A DNA stretch of 64,000 bases from an uncultured bacterium (GTDB taxonomy: Bacteria > Oederibacteriota > PGYV01 > CAWJRG01), in contig CAWJRG010000001.1 in the NCBI GenBank assembly GCA_963845185.1, positions 270,806-334,805 of the forward strand. Direction: 5' to 3'. Within the stretch, counting starts at the first letter, position 1, and each line of letters begins with the position of its first letter. Positions 16,379 through 30,185 of the stretch are shown here, one piece after another. The notes under the pieces are model-generated. The model had not been told where the DNA came from and searched no databases. It worked only from the letters and a program-made list of their open reading frames with translations. A program made the position numbers and the translations under genes.

Positions 16379-19354
16379 CTATTTTATAGCGGCATTGCCC
16401 TTATAAATAACTTTGCCACCACGTTTTATTATATACAAATATAGGCCGCTGCTGACTTGGCTCTTGCCTGTATTTGTCCTCCCGTCCCAACAACAGGAAT
16501 AACCGTTATCATCCCAATTCATGGGTATCTTTTTTATCAACTCAGCCGCAATATTATAGATATACATATACATTAATGTGTTTGATGGCTGTTCGCCCAA
16601 AACCGTGACACAAAAATTCTCTCCTTTTTCCGGATGAAATAAGTTATTTTTTATTATCACTTTAACGCCTGCAGGCGTGGCAGTTGGCACTGGAGTATTC
16701 ATATAAAATCCCATGTTTTCAACAGCTACACATGCGCTTGCATGAACAGTGCTTGATGGCTGGAAAGAAATTGCTAGTATATTTTGCCTGGTGAAAGGCG
16801 TTCCGGTTATTCCCCACGAAGCTTGGGTCATATTCGCGAACGGGAACATGTAATAAGCCCAAAAGGTGTTTGAATTAAAGTCCATTCCATAGTAATCATA
16901 ATTTGGAATATTGTTCTGATTTAAAAACACCCTTGCCTGCAATCCGTCACCTTTATATAAAAACATTATGCCATCATAACTGCTTACATCCGTCGGCGAC
17001 CATGAAGGACTCAATGGCGCGCTCAACCCAAATCCCCATGCGCCTGAATTCGAAGACACAGTACCGGTAACTATTGCGTAATAACACATTGAGCCATTTA
17101 CGTTTCCATATGCCTTTGCGTTAAAGGGGTTTGGCGACCACACGCTTCCCAGCGTGTCGCCGTAACTGTCCCATATCCCTCCCCAAAGATCTATAGTGCT
17201 GGCGTTTCCGCAGTCATCTACCATATCGCCCCCGTAAGCGATCGGGGTTGGAGTTAAAGTTGCCGTTGGCCCTGGCGTAGGAGTATTCGACGGCGTAAAC
17301 GTCGGCTGAGTTGAATCGTACATAGTTATTATCGCAATATTGTAAGGCGCCACCGAATAATTAAAATTCGATGACGCGTTATTTATCTGCGTTTCCATTG
17401 GCAGTAAATCCGGGTCAGCGTGTGATTGCTGAGTTGCGGCTACCCATGAATATTGCTGCGGCGAATATGTTGTTACATCGGCAGACGAAAGTGGCGTGAA
17501 ACCCGCAATAGCAATATTGGAACTCATGGTATTTGTGGAGCTCGTGTTTACGAGAATCACCGATAATTTCCTATCCCCCCTTTTATTTGCATAAACATTA
17601 AGGCTTGTATTGTTTGATGTAGCGCTCACAAGAGTATTGCCGAGGGCTTCTGCAGCTGAAAATTTATTGCTCAGCATCCAAAGCGCCCAGTATGACGAAC
17701 GCGGCTGGTACTTAAAAGCTGCATTATTGCCGGTAAGCCCGCCTCCCTCAATGCAGCCAAAATCAGAATATATTGACTTGTCAAATTCTCCAGGCCCAGG
17801 TGTGCCAAAATCCTGGAAAAGGCAGCTAAAGCTGCCGCCGTTTTTTAAATAATCCAATATATAAGAAGAAATAAACAAACTATTAGAAAAATGATTTGTA
17901 AACCCGCTGTCTATGCCGTCATTATATTCCGTTAGCCATATTGGCACGCTCTGTCCCGGGCAATAAGTGCTTATCCAGGTTGTCAAAGGCGTCAATCCTG
18001 TATCCCAGAAATTAGATTGCGCCAGAACTGTAGCTTCGCTTGCAGGCTCAAAAGTTGGATATTTGTGGATAGAAATACCTTGTAAAGACGATAACCTGCC
18101 CTGTGTCTGCAGATAATTAAAAAAGTCTTGTATATAATAGTTATAAGCATTTGGCGGGCAACTAGCATTCAATGTAACATTTTCCGGGTCTGAAACGCTG
18201 TTAAATTGGGGTATTACCGTTATGGTTATGCCGTTGGCATTTGCAACAGCGGTCATTGCATCAAAAAACGCAAGAAAGCGCCTCGCGTACATCTGCGCAT
18301 TTACAGGCCCGCCAGCTTCCCAGTCACCCCAATTTTCATTCCCTATCTCCCAGTACTTTATATTATATCCTTTGATGACATCAGCGTAATAAACCCAGTC
18401 AGCAGCTTCCTGTGTTGTACCTGTAAAAAAATTAATTGTTATAAGCGGCTCCGCGGGTGGTGTCATAGACTTGCAGATACTCATGAACTGCTCAAAATCC
18501 ATGCCGCCAGAGTAATAGTATTTGTCGCCAAGAGCCACGGAAGATGAAACCGACGCTGTCTGCGCAACAGTTGTTACATTTGTGCTTATTTGTGTTGAAC
18601 CGTTAAAAAGTGTTATCTCTTTAATAGCATATTGATTTGTTGCTACTGAAGAATTCAGGCAAAGCACCCTTATATACTCCGCGGTTACAGTATTAAAACT
18701 CATATCAGCGTGCCCGGTGGTGTTGGTTATTCCAAGCGAAGTGTCTGTCCATGCAGTATCGTTATATGCCCATTCTCCCATGCCGTTCCAGCAACTGGAG
18801 GTTGCGTACTGAACTTTATACTGGCTAGCGTAAGTATTGCTGTCCCAGTCAATCACTATTCTGTTTATTGTTTGGTTCGACGATAGATCAAGGTAAATCC
18901 ACTGCGGGGTTGTTTCGTTCGGGTAACTTAGCCATTCAGTAGTAAGGTCTCCGTCAGTAACCATGGCTGGATGTCCATAGCCAGCTGAAGTCGAGCCTCT
19001 GTGTATGGAAAGATCTATAAATCCCGGAGAGAATGTTGTTGGAATAGGGCTGCCGGTAACCGTCCATATTGAATTCGAATCGTACGAGCCATTGCCGTTC
19101 CAGTGGTATTCGTTTGAATTGCTACCGCCCGGGAACCGCAATATTTTAAATCCAGCTGCCTGGAACTGCCATGTGTTTGTACTTAACGTAAAGTAAGAGT
19201 CGTATTCTGCTGAATTCAATCCAAAAGCCTGGTACGGCAAAAACGGACGCGAGTTACCATTTATGGTGGCGTCAACAGAAACAGTTACATTATCCGAATA
19301 AGCAGATATAAAAAATATAAAGATAATTATAGCCAACATTGATATTTTTTTCAT
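16379..19354 (-). CDS. Secreted clan-A glycoside hydrolase with inserted F5/8-type-C domain, PT linker, CBM11-like domain and C-terminal FlgD-Ig-like domain
   Basis: Signal peptide; LRFPGGS..YHW, YWEIGNE (acid/base), IWLTEYN (nucleophile); DGD..T.W/QWIYLDL; PTFTPSNTPTP; WDGR...VSSGLY. Confidence 0.8.
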   Translation of the reverse strand: MKKISMLAIIIFIFFISAYSDNVTVSVDATINGNSRPFLPYQAFGLNSAEYDSYFTLSTNTWQFQAAGFKILRFPGGSNSNEYHWNGNGSYDSNSIWTVTGSPIPTTFSPGFIDLSIHRGSTSAGYGHPAMVTDGDLTTEWLSYPNETTPQWIYLDLSSNQTINRIVIDWDSNTYASQYKVQYATSSCWNGMGEWAYNDTAWTDTSLGITNTTGHADMSFNTVTAEYIRVLCLNSSVATNQYAIKEITLFNGSTQISTNVTTVAQTASVSSSVALGDKYYYSGGMDFEQFMSICKSMTPPAEPLITINFFTGTTQEAADWVYYADVIKGYNIKYWEIGNENWGDWEAGGPVNAQMYARRFLAFFDAMTAVANANGITITVIPQFNSVSDPENVTLNASCPPNAYNYYIQDFFNYLQTQGRLSSLQGISIHKYPTFEPASEATVLAQSNFWDTGLTPLTTWISTYCPGQSVPIWLTEYNDGIDSGFTNHFSNSLFISSYILDYLKNGGSFSCLFQDFGTPGPGEFDKSIYSDFGCIEGGGLTGNNAAFKYQPRSSYWALWMLSNKFSAAEALGNTLVSATSNNTSLNVYANKRGDRKLSVILVNTSSTNTMSSNIAIAGFTPLSSADVTTYSPQQYSWVAATQQSHADPDLLPMETQINNASSNFNYSVAPYNIAIITMYDSTQPTFTPSNTPTPGPTATLTPTPIAYGGDMVDDCGNASTIDLWGGIWDSYGDTLGSVWSPNPFNAKAYGNVNGSMCYYAIVTGTVSSNSGAWGFGLSAPLSPSWSPTDVSSYDGIMFLYKGDGLQARVFLNQNNIPNYDYYGMDFNSNTFWAYYMFPFANMTQASWGITGTPFTRQNILAISFQPSSTVHASACVAVENMGFYMNTPVPTATPAGVKVIIKNNLFHPEKGENFCVTVLGEQPSNTLMYMYIYNIAAELIKKIPMNWDDNGYSCCWDGRTNTGKSQVSSGLYLYIIKRGGKVIYKGNAAIK

Positions 19355-19471
19355 TTAATTGCCTCCGTTTTTAGATGATTCCTGATTTTCCACAATGATT
19401 TATTTGCTATTTATAATGCATTCCCGTTGAAAAGGTTGCAATTTTATCAATTAATGATGAGATTATTACTG

Positions 19472-19900
19472 TCAGCCTCTGCGTTTTTTCTGAAGCAGCT
19501 CTATCGCCTTCATTCTTGCCAGTTCTTTCATGAGACTTATCTGTATTTTATCGAAATCAACATCCTTTGCGCTCTTGCCCTTAAGCAGTCTTTCTTTTTC
19601 ATCAAGTTTTCTTTTTGCCCTCTCGGCATCTATTTCCTCTGACCTTTCCGCTGTTTCAACCAGGAGTACCACTTTACTGCTGTCTACTTCCACATAACCA
19701 CCGCTTATGGCAATTATTTCCTCTGCTCCGGAATTGTTTATTATCGTTATTATGCCTGCCTTTAACACCGTGGCAAAAGGCGCGTGACCTGGCAGAACGC
19801 CGAATTCGCCTTCAATACCCGGAGCCATTATCTCTTTTATATCGCCCTGAAAAGCAATTTTTTCCGGCGTCACTATGTCTATATGCATTATCTTTTCCAT
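19472..19900 (-). CDS. atpC: ATP synthase epsilon subunit
   Basis: IVTPE, GEFGVLPGHAP, SGGYVEV; operon position. Confidence 0.95.
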   Translation of the reverse strand: MEKIMHIDIVTPEKIAFQGDIKEIMAPGIEGEFGVLPGHAPFATVLKAGIITIINNSGAEEIIAISGGYVEVDSSKVVLLVETAERSEEIDAERAKRKLDEKERLLKGKSAKDVDFDKIQISLMKELARMKAIELLQKKRRG

Positions 19901-19948
19901 TCTTACCTCTTCATTGATAATTGAAAATTGTCAATTGATAATTTCCGA

Positions 19949-21376
<1,428 letters not shown>

Positions 21377-22231
21377 TTATTTAAGAGCTTCAGCTCCGCT
21401 TACTATCTCAAGTATTTCTTTTGTTATGGCAGCCTGCCTTGTTTTATTGGCAAGCAAAGTAAGTGAATCTATCATATCTGATGCGTTGTTGGTCGCCATG
21501 TCCATTGCAACCATCCTCACGCCGTGCTCGGATGCCTGCGTTTCCAGCACTCCGCGGTATAAAACGGTTTTTATGTATCTCGTCAAAAGGTTCGAGAGCA
21601 CGGTTTCCTCGCCTGGCTCGTATAAAAAATCCCTCACCATGCCGATTTCACTTTTTTTCTGCTCAAATACTATTGGCAAAAGCTGTTTTTTCACTACTTT
21701 CTGCTGGAGCGAAGTCTTAAACTCGCTGAAAATCACTTCTGCACTTTTGTATTTGCCTGCTGTAAAATTTTTTATTAAAAGTTCTGCCGCCTCGTCTATG
21801 TCATCCCACTGTATCTTGTTGTCGTTGAATTTAAAAATTTCTATTTCTTTCCCGAACTTTTTCACGGAATCAAGCCCTTTTTTACCTATGATAAAAAAAT
21901 TAATGTCCGGATTTTCCTTTAGTTTTATCACTGCTTCCTTTACCAGGTTAATGTTAAAACTTCCACACAGGCCTTTGTCCGAAGTTATTAAAAATATGGC
22001 TTCTTTTTTCACTCCGGGATTTTTCTTTAAGAGCAAATACTTTTTTTCGTCTGCCCTCCCTATCAAATCAGCTATGACTTCTTCTATCTTAGCCGAATAA
22101 GGCCTTGCAGACAAAATCTTGTCCTGCGCTTTTTTCAGCTTGGCAGCCGCCACCATTTTCATGGCTTTAGTAATTTGTTTTATATTTTGCGCGCTCTTTA
22201 TTCTTTTCCGCACTGCCCTTAATGTTGCCAT
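21377..22231 (-). CDS. atpG: ATP synthase gamma subunit
   Basis: ITKAMKMVAA, SDKGLCG, RQAAITKEILEI. Confidence 0.97.
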   Translation of the reverse strand: MATLRAVRKRIKSAQNIKQITKAMKMVAAAKLKKAQDKILSARPYSAKIEEVIADLIGRADEKKYLLLKKNPGVKKEAIFLITSDKGLCGSFNINLVKEAVIKLKENPDINFFIIGKKGLDSVKKFGKEIEIFKFNDNKIQWDDIDEAAELLIKNFTAGKYKSAEVIFSEFKTSLQQKVVKKQLLPIVFEQKKSEIGMVRDFLYEPGEETVLSNLLTRYIKTVLYRGVLETQASEHGVRMVAMDMATNNASDMIDSLTLLANKTRQAAITKEILEIVSGAEALK

Positions 22232-22285
22232 TTTTCTCCTAAAATATTTGGGTGCAGGATTTCATCATCGTCTCCGGCTACCCGT

Positions 22286-23904
<1,619 letters not shown>

Positions 23905-23907
23905 TAA

Positions 23908-24543
23908 TTATTTTTTCTTTTTCTTTGCTTTTTTAACAGTCTTTTTTGCCGATTTTGCCTTTGCGGCCTTTTTTGCAGTCGGCCTTCTCGCCGGTTTTAC
24001 TGCTTTTACTTCGTATAATTTCGTTTTCAGCGACTGTAAAAACTGTTTTAAGCTGCCGTCTATAAGGTTGAACCTGTCCCTTATTATAATGCCTCCCAGT
24101 ATGTCAGGGTTAACTTCGGTTTTTACTTTCAAAGTACTGTGCATTTTTTTCTCAAGTTCTTTTATAAGCCTGTCCCTGTCTAGCGTGCTCAAAGGATAAG
24201 CTGTCTCCATTGTTATTTTCCTTATCCCAGCGTCCTCGTCAGCCATTTCAGCGAATATATCGCATATATCATAGAATATCTTCTCCCGTTTTTTATCCAC
24301 TACAAGGCACAAAAAATCAAATGAAAGCTTTGATATATCTTTCGAAAATATTTTTTTCAAAATATCCTTTTTTTCATCCCTGTTTATGCCCGGATGGTAA
24401 AAAACATCCTGAACGTTAACGTTGTTTTTCATGAAAATCTCTATTGCCTTCAGGTCTTCTTTTACAACCTGCAGACTGTTTTGCTCTTTTGCAGCCTGAA
24501 ACAGCGCCTCCGCGTATTTTGACGGGAGTACCAGGTTTCCCAT
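23908..24543 (-). CDS. atpH: ATP synthase delta subunit with Lys/Ala-rich tail
   Basis: YAEALF, VNPDILGG, IDGSL; operon position. Confidence 0.92.
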   Translation of the reverse strand: MGNLVLPSKYAEALFQAAKEQNSLQVVKEDLKAIEIFMKNNVNVQDVFYHPGINRDEKKDILKKIFSKDISKLSFDFLCLVVDKKREKIFYDICDIFAEMADEDAGIRKITMETAYPLSTLDRDRLIKELEKKMHSTLKVKTEVNPDILGGIIIRDRFNLIDGSLKQFLQSLKTKLYEVKAVKPARRPTAKKAAKAKSAKKTVKKAKKKKK

Positions 24544-24545
24544 TT

Positions 24546-25037
24546 TTAATTCACCCTTTTCTCAATATCTTTTAAATAATTTTTGATTATCCCCATCTGT
24601 TCCTTGCTTCCCACTTTTTTCTTTATGACCTTTTCAGCGACCATTATGGAAAGTTCCGCTATCTTATCCTTAACGCTTCCTATTGCCCGTATTTTCTCCG
24701 CCTCTATCTCGCGTTTTGCCTCGTCGATTAATTTCGCGCCTTCCTTATGCGCTTCTTCAGTCATCTGCGACTTGATTTTGTCGCCTTCGGCCACCGCTTT
24801 CTCGAGCGCGCTGCTTGATTTTTGCTCTATTTCTTTAAGGCTTTTTTCGTATTCCAGCTTCATTTTCTCAATGTCGGCTTTGTCTTTCTCGATTTTGTCA
24901 ATTGATTCCCTGATAAAATCGTCTCTTTTCTTTAAGGTTCTGGAAAGCGCCTTTATAAAAAGAATCCATACCAGTGGCATTGCGATTAAAAAAGTAATTA
25001 TCTGCGTTAAAAATACCGGCCAGTTTATCTCTACCAT
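24546..25037 (-). CDS. atpF: ATP synthase b subunit
   Basis: N-terminal TM then charged coiled coil; operon position. Confidence 0.9.
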   Translation of the reverse strand: MVEINWPVFLTQIITFLIAMPLVWILFIKALSRTLKKRDDFIRESIDKIEKDKADIEKMKLEYEKSLKEIEQKSSSALEKAVAEGDKIKSQMTEEAHKEGAKLIDEAKREIEAEKIRAIGSVKDKIAELSIMVAEKVIKKKVGSKEQMGIIKNYLKDIEKRVN

Positions 25038-25109
25038 AGTAAACCTCCAAAATTCAAGTTTGCGTAAGTTGTTTCCATGAGTCCAAGCGGAGCTTTCGCC
25101 CCGCGTTTT

Positions 25110-25514
<405 letters not shown>

Positions 25515-25544
25515 TTATATTTTATTTTAATTCCCTGTTTTTAT

Positions 25545-26342
25545 TTACCGCGCATGCTCTTTGCTGTGTTCATCCTCTCCATGATGAGCCGCCACTGCGC
25601 CTGCAAGGTATATTGATGTCAGCAGAGCAAAAACGCCTGCCTGAATAATACTTACTAGTGTTCCTAACACTATAATAAGCGGCCTTAAAAGGAAAGCAAA
25701 ACCACCTATTAGTCCGGCAATTACTCTTTTCAGAATTTCCTGGTTACTCAAGTCAGGCCAGAACATTAAAACCAACAACACAAGCACGCCTAATAGAATT
25801 TCTTTTGCAATTAGATTTCCGAAAAGCCTGAAAGACAGTGACAATGGTCTGGATATGTCTGAAAGCATTTCAACAAAAAACATAAAAGGCTTTAAAGGCC
25901 CTGGTATACCCGGCCCTCCTGTAAAGTGCGCAAAAAATTTAATAGGCCCTACTTCAATAATGCCTGAAATCCAATACCAAAAAAATACCATTAATGCGAG
26001 CGCTACAGTAACGGACAGGCTTGACGTTGGCGATGTAAGACCAGGTACAAGCCCAATAAAATTGCCTATTAAAATATAGAAAAAAATCATTACTATAAGT
26101 CCATAATATTTTGGCGCTTTCTCCCCTATTATGGAGTCCGCGGTATCAGTGATATATTTGACCGTCCATTCCACAAGGTTCTGGGCTTTTTTGGGTTTCA
26201 TTTTTGGATTTACTGACCCTAACGCGAATATAATAAAAATAATAAGATAGTCAAGCAGCATCATTAGTAGTATTGTAAAATAATGGTCATCAAGTCCAGG
26301 TATAAATGATTTGAATTCTATGGCTTCTTTTATTCCAGTCAT
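25545..26342 (-). CDS. atpB: ATP synthase a subunit
   Basis: RPLSLSFRLFGN, IQAGVF.LL..IY. Confidence 0.95.
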   Translation of the reverse strand: MTGIKEAIEFKSFIPGLDDHYFTILLMMLLDYLIIFIIFALGSVNPKMKPKKAQNLVEWTVKYITDTADSIIGEKAPKYYGLIVMIFFYILIGNFIGLVPGLTSPTSSLSVTVALALMVFFWYWISGIIEVGPIKFFAHFTGGPGIPGPLKPFMFFVEMLSDISRPLSLSFRLFGNLIAKEILLGVLVLLVLMFWPDLSNQEILKRVIAGLIGGFAFLLRPLIIVLGTLVSIIQAGVFALLTSIYLAGAVAAHHGEDEHSKEHAR

Positions 26343-26357
26343 TACTTTGTCTCCTTA

Positions 26358-26457
26358 GAATCCGTTGATTTTGCCTAGTGTCAACAGCAAAGGCAAAATC
26401 TTACGGAATCTTGCACCCAATCCAGTCCGAGGCTACTAATCCGAGGACGAGCGGTGC
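26358..26457. other. Structured two-hairpin element, copy 3 (atpI-atpB junction)
   Basis: Shares AGTCCGAGGCTACT and GGACRAGCGGYGCTT with copy 1; abuts atpB RBS. Confidence 0.65.
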
Positions 26458-26831
26458 TTTTTCACTCTTGAAATCAACGCATCTGCCGCTATTAAAACAA
26501 GGGTCAAAGTAAATCCAATCAAAAATCCCTTAATACTGTAATACTTCCTGAAAATTATAAGTCCTGCCAGCGCGCATCCGATAAGCATCACTTTTAAAAA
26601 GTATATCAGGACTGTCATGATCACCGCGCCGGTTGACGGGGTATCCGGCTTGACTACTGATTTTACTGTGAACACAATCGCCGCAAAGTTTATTGTGCCT
26701 AACGCAAGCCCTGCCAGCAGCCCGGATACAATTTCTCTTCTAATTACAGCAAACAGGCAGCATGTTATCACAAAACATGCGAAAAATAAAATAAAAATCC
26801 GTTTAATGTTTATCATTACTTTTCGCGACAC
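26436..26831 (-). CDS. atpI: ATP synthase protein I
   Basis: Four TM segments; position before atpB; exact start uncertain. Confidence 0.75.
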   Translation of the reverse strand: MSRKVMINIKRIFILFFACFVITCCLFAVIRREIVSGLLAGLALGTINFAAIVFTVKSVVKPDTPSTGAVIMTVLIYFLKVMLIGCALAGLIIFRKYYSIKGFLIGFTLTLVLIAADALISRVKKHRSSSD

Positions 26832-27024
26832 CGTAAATTATATAGACGAAACCCGCTATAATCCCGAACAGCAGGCATCCTATTGTAAATAGCGGTTTTA
26901 AATGCGTTACTTTATCAAGCCACAGGCCCAATCCCAATCCTGCGAAAGTTGAAAGCACCAGCGTAAAGCCCAGCGCCCCGAGATTGCCCACAGTATTTAA
27001 AAGGTCCCTTTGATCCTTATCCAT
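26803..27024 (-). CDS. atpZ: AtpZ/AtpI-family small membrane protein
   Basis: GLGLGLWLD...P.F...G...G pattern; first gene of atp cluster. Confidence 0.8.
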   Translation of the reverse strand: MDKDQRDLLNTVGNLGALGFTLVLSTFAGLGLGLWLDKVTHLKPLFTIGCLLFGIIAGFVYIIYGVAKSNDKH

Positions 27025-27086
27025 TTCAATTCCTGCTTCAAAATAATTTTTTTAAAACCGGGTTCCAATTTTCATTCAAAAAAAAT

Positions 27087-27569
27087 TTATTCTTTGTAAT
27101 TTATAAAATCAGATGGCTTGATGTCTTTTAAGAACTCCTTGAATTCCTTCATTTCCTTTTCGTATTTCTGCTTGTCCATTATTGTGGCTTCCATAATGAC
27201 GGTTTCGGAAACATAAATACCGGCTTCTGTCCTTAAGGCAAGCGCTATTGCGTCCGATGGCCTTGAATCTATTTCAAGTTCTTTGCCGCCGCTTAATAAA
27301 TGTATTTTCGCAAAAAATGTATTCTCTTTTATATCATGTATTACAATCCTGTCTACAGTAACCTGAAGCGTCTCAAGCATAAGCTTTATAAGGTCATGAG
27401 TCATGGGCCTTGGTACTTTAATGTCCTCAAGTGCTACAAGTATCGCGTCTGCCTCATATACACCAATCCATATTGGTAGAAACCTTTTTTCCTCATTATC
27501 GGTAAGTATTACTACGGGCATTTTGGATGTGCTGTCTATGGCAAGCCCGTTGACTTTCATCTCAATCAT
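27087..27569 (-). CDS. Bifunctional nuclease family (DUF151) protein
   Basis: LPIWIG..EA, RPMTHDL, DSRPSDAIALA. Confidence 0.9.
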   Translation of the reverse strand: MIEMKVNGLAIDSTSKMPVVILTDNEEKRFLPIWIGVYEADAILVALEDIKVPRPMTHDLIKLMLETLQVTVDRIVIHDIKENTFFAKIHLLSGGKELEIDSRPSDAIALALRTEAGIYVSETVIMEATIMDKQKYEKEMKEFKEFLKDIKPSDFINYKE

Positions 27570-27759
27570 CGGCTTTTTCTCCTTAAATGATGTTTAGGCA
27601 TAGCTTATTAGGAAAAGTCATGAAATACTACACTATAAAAAGTATTTTTTCAAGTGTTTTTTGGTTATGGTATCCGGGCAAATAATTTTTTATTTTTTAA
27701 TTGTTATTTTTTCTGCGTTGAAGTAAAATTACAAAACAACACAGAAAAAACTAAACTTT

Positions 27760-29367
27760 GTGAGGCTAAAAATGAATAAATTCGTAAACCAGCTTTTCAG
27801 GCTAAAGAGCCTGAACCAGACTATTTCAGAAACACACGAGCCGCATCACACTTTAAAGAAGGTCCTTGGCCCGCTTGAACTTGTGCTTTTCGGGGTCGGC
27901 GTCATAATCGGCGCCGGAATTTTTACCACTATCGGCACCGCCGCGGCAGGAGACATCGCACGTCCCGGCGCTGGGCCCGGCCTCATAGTTTCCTTTATTA
28001 TAACAGCTATAGCATGCGGTTTCGCCGCCATGTGCTACGCGGAATTCGCGTCTTTAGTGCCTGTATCAGGCAGCGCTTACACTTATTCGTATTCCTCATT
28101 CGGTGAACTTATTGCGTGGATAATAGGCTGGGACCTTATGCTTGAGTATTGCGTCGGCTCCATAGCTGTATCAATGAGCTGGTCGGGTTATTTCAGGGGA
28201 TTCCTGCAAAGTATCGGATTCAACCTGCCGGCATGGGCAGTCATTGATTTTCGCACGGCAATGACAGGTTTTGCAAAAGCAACTGCCTTGATGAAAACCG
28301 GCGTAAATCTCGGCGGTATGTCGTCCAACCTCCAGTTTTCTTATACCGCTGTTACGTCAGCCCCGCATATTTTCGGAATTCCCGTGTTATGTAATTTACC
28401 GGCAAGCATTATTGTTCTTTTGCTGACTTTCCTGCTTGTCATAGGCATCAAAGAAAGTTCGAGGTTCAATAATATAATAGTAGCCATAAAACTCCTGGTA
28501 CTCGCCTTTTTTATTTTTATAGGCGTAAAATACATAAAACCCTCGAACTGGCATCCTTTTGCTCCTAATGGTTTTGCTGGTATAAAAGCAGGCGCTGCAA
28601 TAGTTTTCTTTGCTTACATTGGCTTTGACTGCGTTTCCACGGTCGCGGAAGAAACCCGCAACCCAAAGCGCGATATGCCCATAGGAATAATAGGCTCCCT
28701 TGTTATTTCAACCTTGATTTATATGCTTGTTGCTGCGGTATTTACAGGTATAATACCGATCCAAGCTTTAAAAAACGCGATGATGAACGAAAAAGCCGAG
28801 CCTCTGGCATTCGCTTTCCGTTATATAAACCAGGGCTGGGCTTCGATAATCGTGGCTGTGGGCGCAATATGCGCGCAACTCGCCGTGTTGCTGGTGCTTC
28901 TCATGGGCCAGTCCAGGATATTTTTCTCAATGTCCCGCGACGGCCTGCTGCCCAAAGTTTTCTCCAAAGTTCATGAAAAATTCAAGACACCTTATGTGAC
29001 CACTATAGTCGTCGGCGTGGTGGTAGCAGTAATAACTGCTTTTACTAATATTGAGGAAATGGTTGACTTGACAAACATAGGCACTCTTTTTGCCTTTTGC
29101 CTCGTATGCCTTGGGATTATCATATTGCGTGTTAAAGAACCGGCAAGACATAGGACTTTCAAAGTGCCATTTAGCCCTCTTTTCCCTTTGCTGGGAGTTG
29201 TATCCTGCATATTTTTGATGTCAGGACTGCCTGTAGTAACATGGATAAGATTTGTGGTGTGGTTGGTTTTAGGCCTCGTTGTTTATTTTCTTTACAGCTA
29301 CAGCCACAGCATGCTGCATCCAAAAAACCGTAAGTTCAATCAGGAACGCGGCAATTATAAATCCTGA
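27760..29367 (+). CDS. APC-family amino acid permease
   Basis: IIGAGIF, GSAYTY, IGWDL.LEY, FFAYIGFD, SRDGLLP; start may be ATG 27772. Confidence 0.92.
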   Translation: MRLKMNKFVNQLFRLKSLNQTISETHEPHHTLKKVLGPLELVLFGVGVIIGAGIFTTIGTAAAGDIARPGAGPGLIVSFIITAIACGFAAMCYAEFASLVPVSGSAYTYSYSSFGELIAWIIGWDLMLEYCVGSIAVSMSWSGYFRGFLQSIGFNLPAWAVIDFRTAMTGFAKATALMKTGVNLGGMSSNLQFSYTAVTSAPHIFGIPVLCNLPASIIVLLLTFLLVIGIKESSRFNNIIVAIKLLVLAFFIFIGVKYIKPSNWHPFAPNGFAGIKAGAAIVFFAYIGFDCVSTVAEETRNPKRDMPIGIIGSLVISTLIYMLVAAVFTGIIPIQALKNAMMNEKAEPLAFAFRYINQGWASIIVAVGAICAQLAVLLVLLMGQSRIFFSMSRDGLLPKVFSKVHEKFKTPYVTTIVVGVVVAVITAFTNIEEMVDLTNIGTLFAFCLVCLGIIILRVKEPARHRTFKVPFSPLFPLLGVVSCIFLMSGLPVVTWIRFVVWLVLGLVVYFLYSYSHSMLHPKNRKFNQERGNYKS

Positions 29368-29466
29368 TGAATTTTGTCTTAATTTTAGGATTAATTTTGA
29401 TTGATTATGATTCAGGGATTATTTTATTCCAAAATCCAAATTCTAAAATTTAAAATTAATTTTATA

Positions 29467-30033
29467 TCACCATTGACGATTTCCATTAGCATCAAGTTTT
29501 ATCAAATAGGCGTAATCATTTCCTTTATTTCCGTTTAAATTGGTGCTTCCAGCAATAATGTATCCCCCGTCTTTTGTCTGCTCCGCCGAATATGCCCCAT
29601 CATTATTTTTGCTTCCGAATGTCCTTGTCCAAACGCAATCCCCGTTGGCATCGGTTTTTATAATGTATATGTCTTTATTTCCCACACCGAATGAATTTGT
29701 GTTTCCCGCGATTATATAACCTTTATCTGTTGTTTGCTGTACTGACCACCCTGCGTCATCTTCTTTTCCATAAAATGTCTTTGCCCAAACGCAGTCACCT
29801 TTGCTGTCCGTCTTTATAAGATATACATCGTATTGATTCCCGTCAAATGAGTTGCTCCAGCCTGCTATTATATATCCCCCGTCGCTTGCCTGCCGGACAG
29901 AATAGGCATGCTGAAAAATACTGTTGCATAATTTTTTATATTGTTTTTGCCCCTGCATGTCATCTGTTTTATTGCCGCAGTTTATTACAACTGCTATGAC
30001 CAGGAAGAAAAATATTATTGCCTTTTTCTTCAT
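29467..30033 (-). CDS. Putative lipoprotein with beta-propeller-type repeats
   Basis: Hydrophobic leader ending VINC; three SVxQTxDGGYIIAG...YLIKTD repeats. Confidence 0.7.
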   Translation of the reverse strand: MKKKAIIFFFLVIAVVINCGNKTDDMQGQKQYKKLCNSIFQHAYSVRQASDGGYIIAGWSNSFDGNQYDVYLIKTDSKGDCVWAKTFYGKEDDAGWSVQQTTDKGYIIAGNTNSFGVGNKDIYIIKTDANGDCVWTRTFGSKNNDGAYSAEQTKDGGYIIAGSTNLNGNKGNDYAYLIKLDANGNRQW

Positions 30034-30185
30034 ACTCTGCCCTCCCTTTATTTACCTGCAAACTAATCATACCATTTTAAAAATGTTTTATCAATTGCAT
30101 ATTTAAATATGTTTTCAGTATCATATTTTTTATCATAATTTATCCCCTATATTACACCGCCAACCATTAATTAAAACAAAATCAT

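Noticed and set aside
19911..19943. Short degenerate heptamer repeats (also near 29429-29460)
   Set aside because: Low-complexity intergenic repeats; no spacer structure, so not CRISPR
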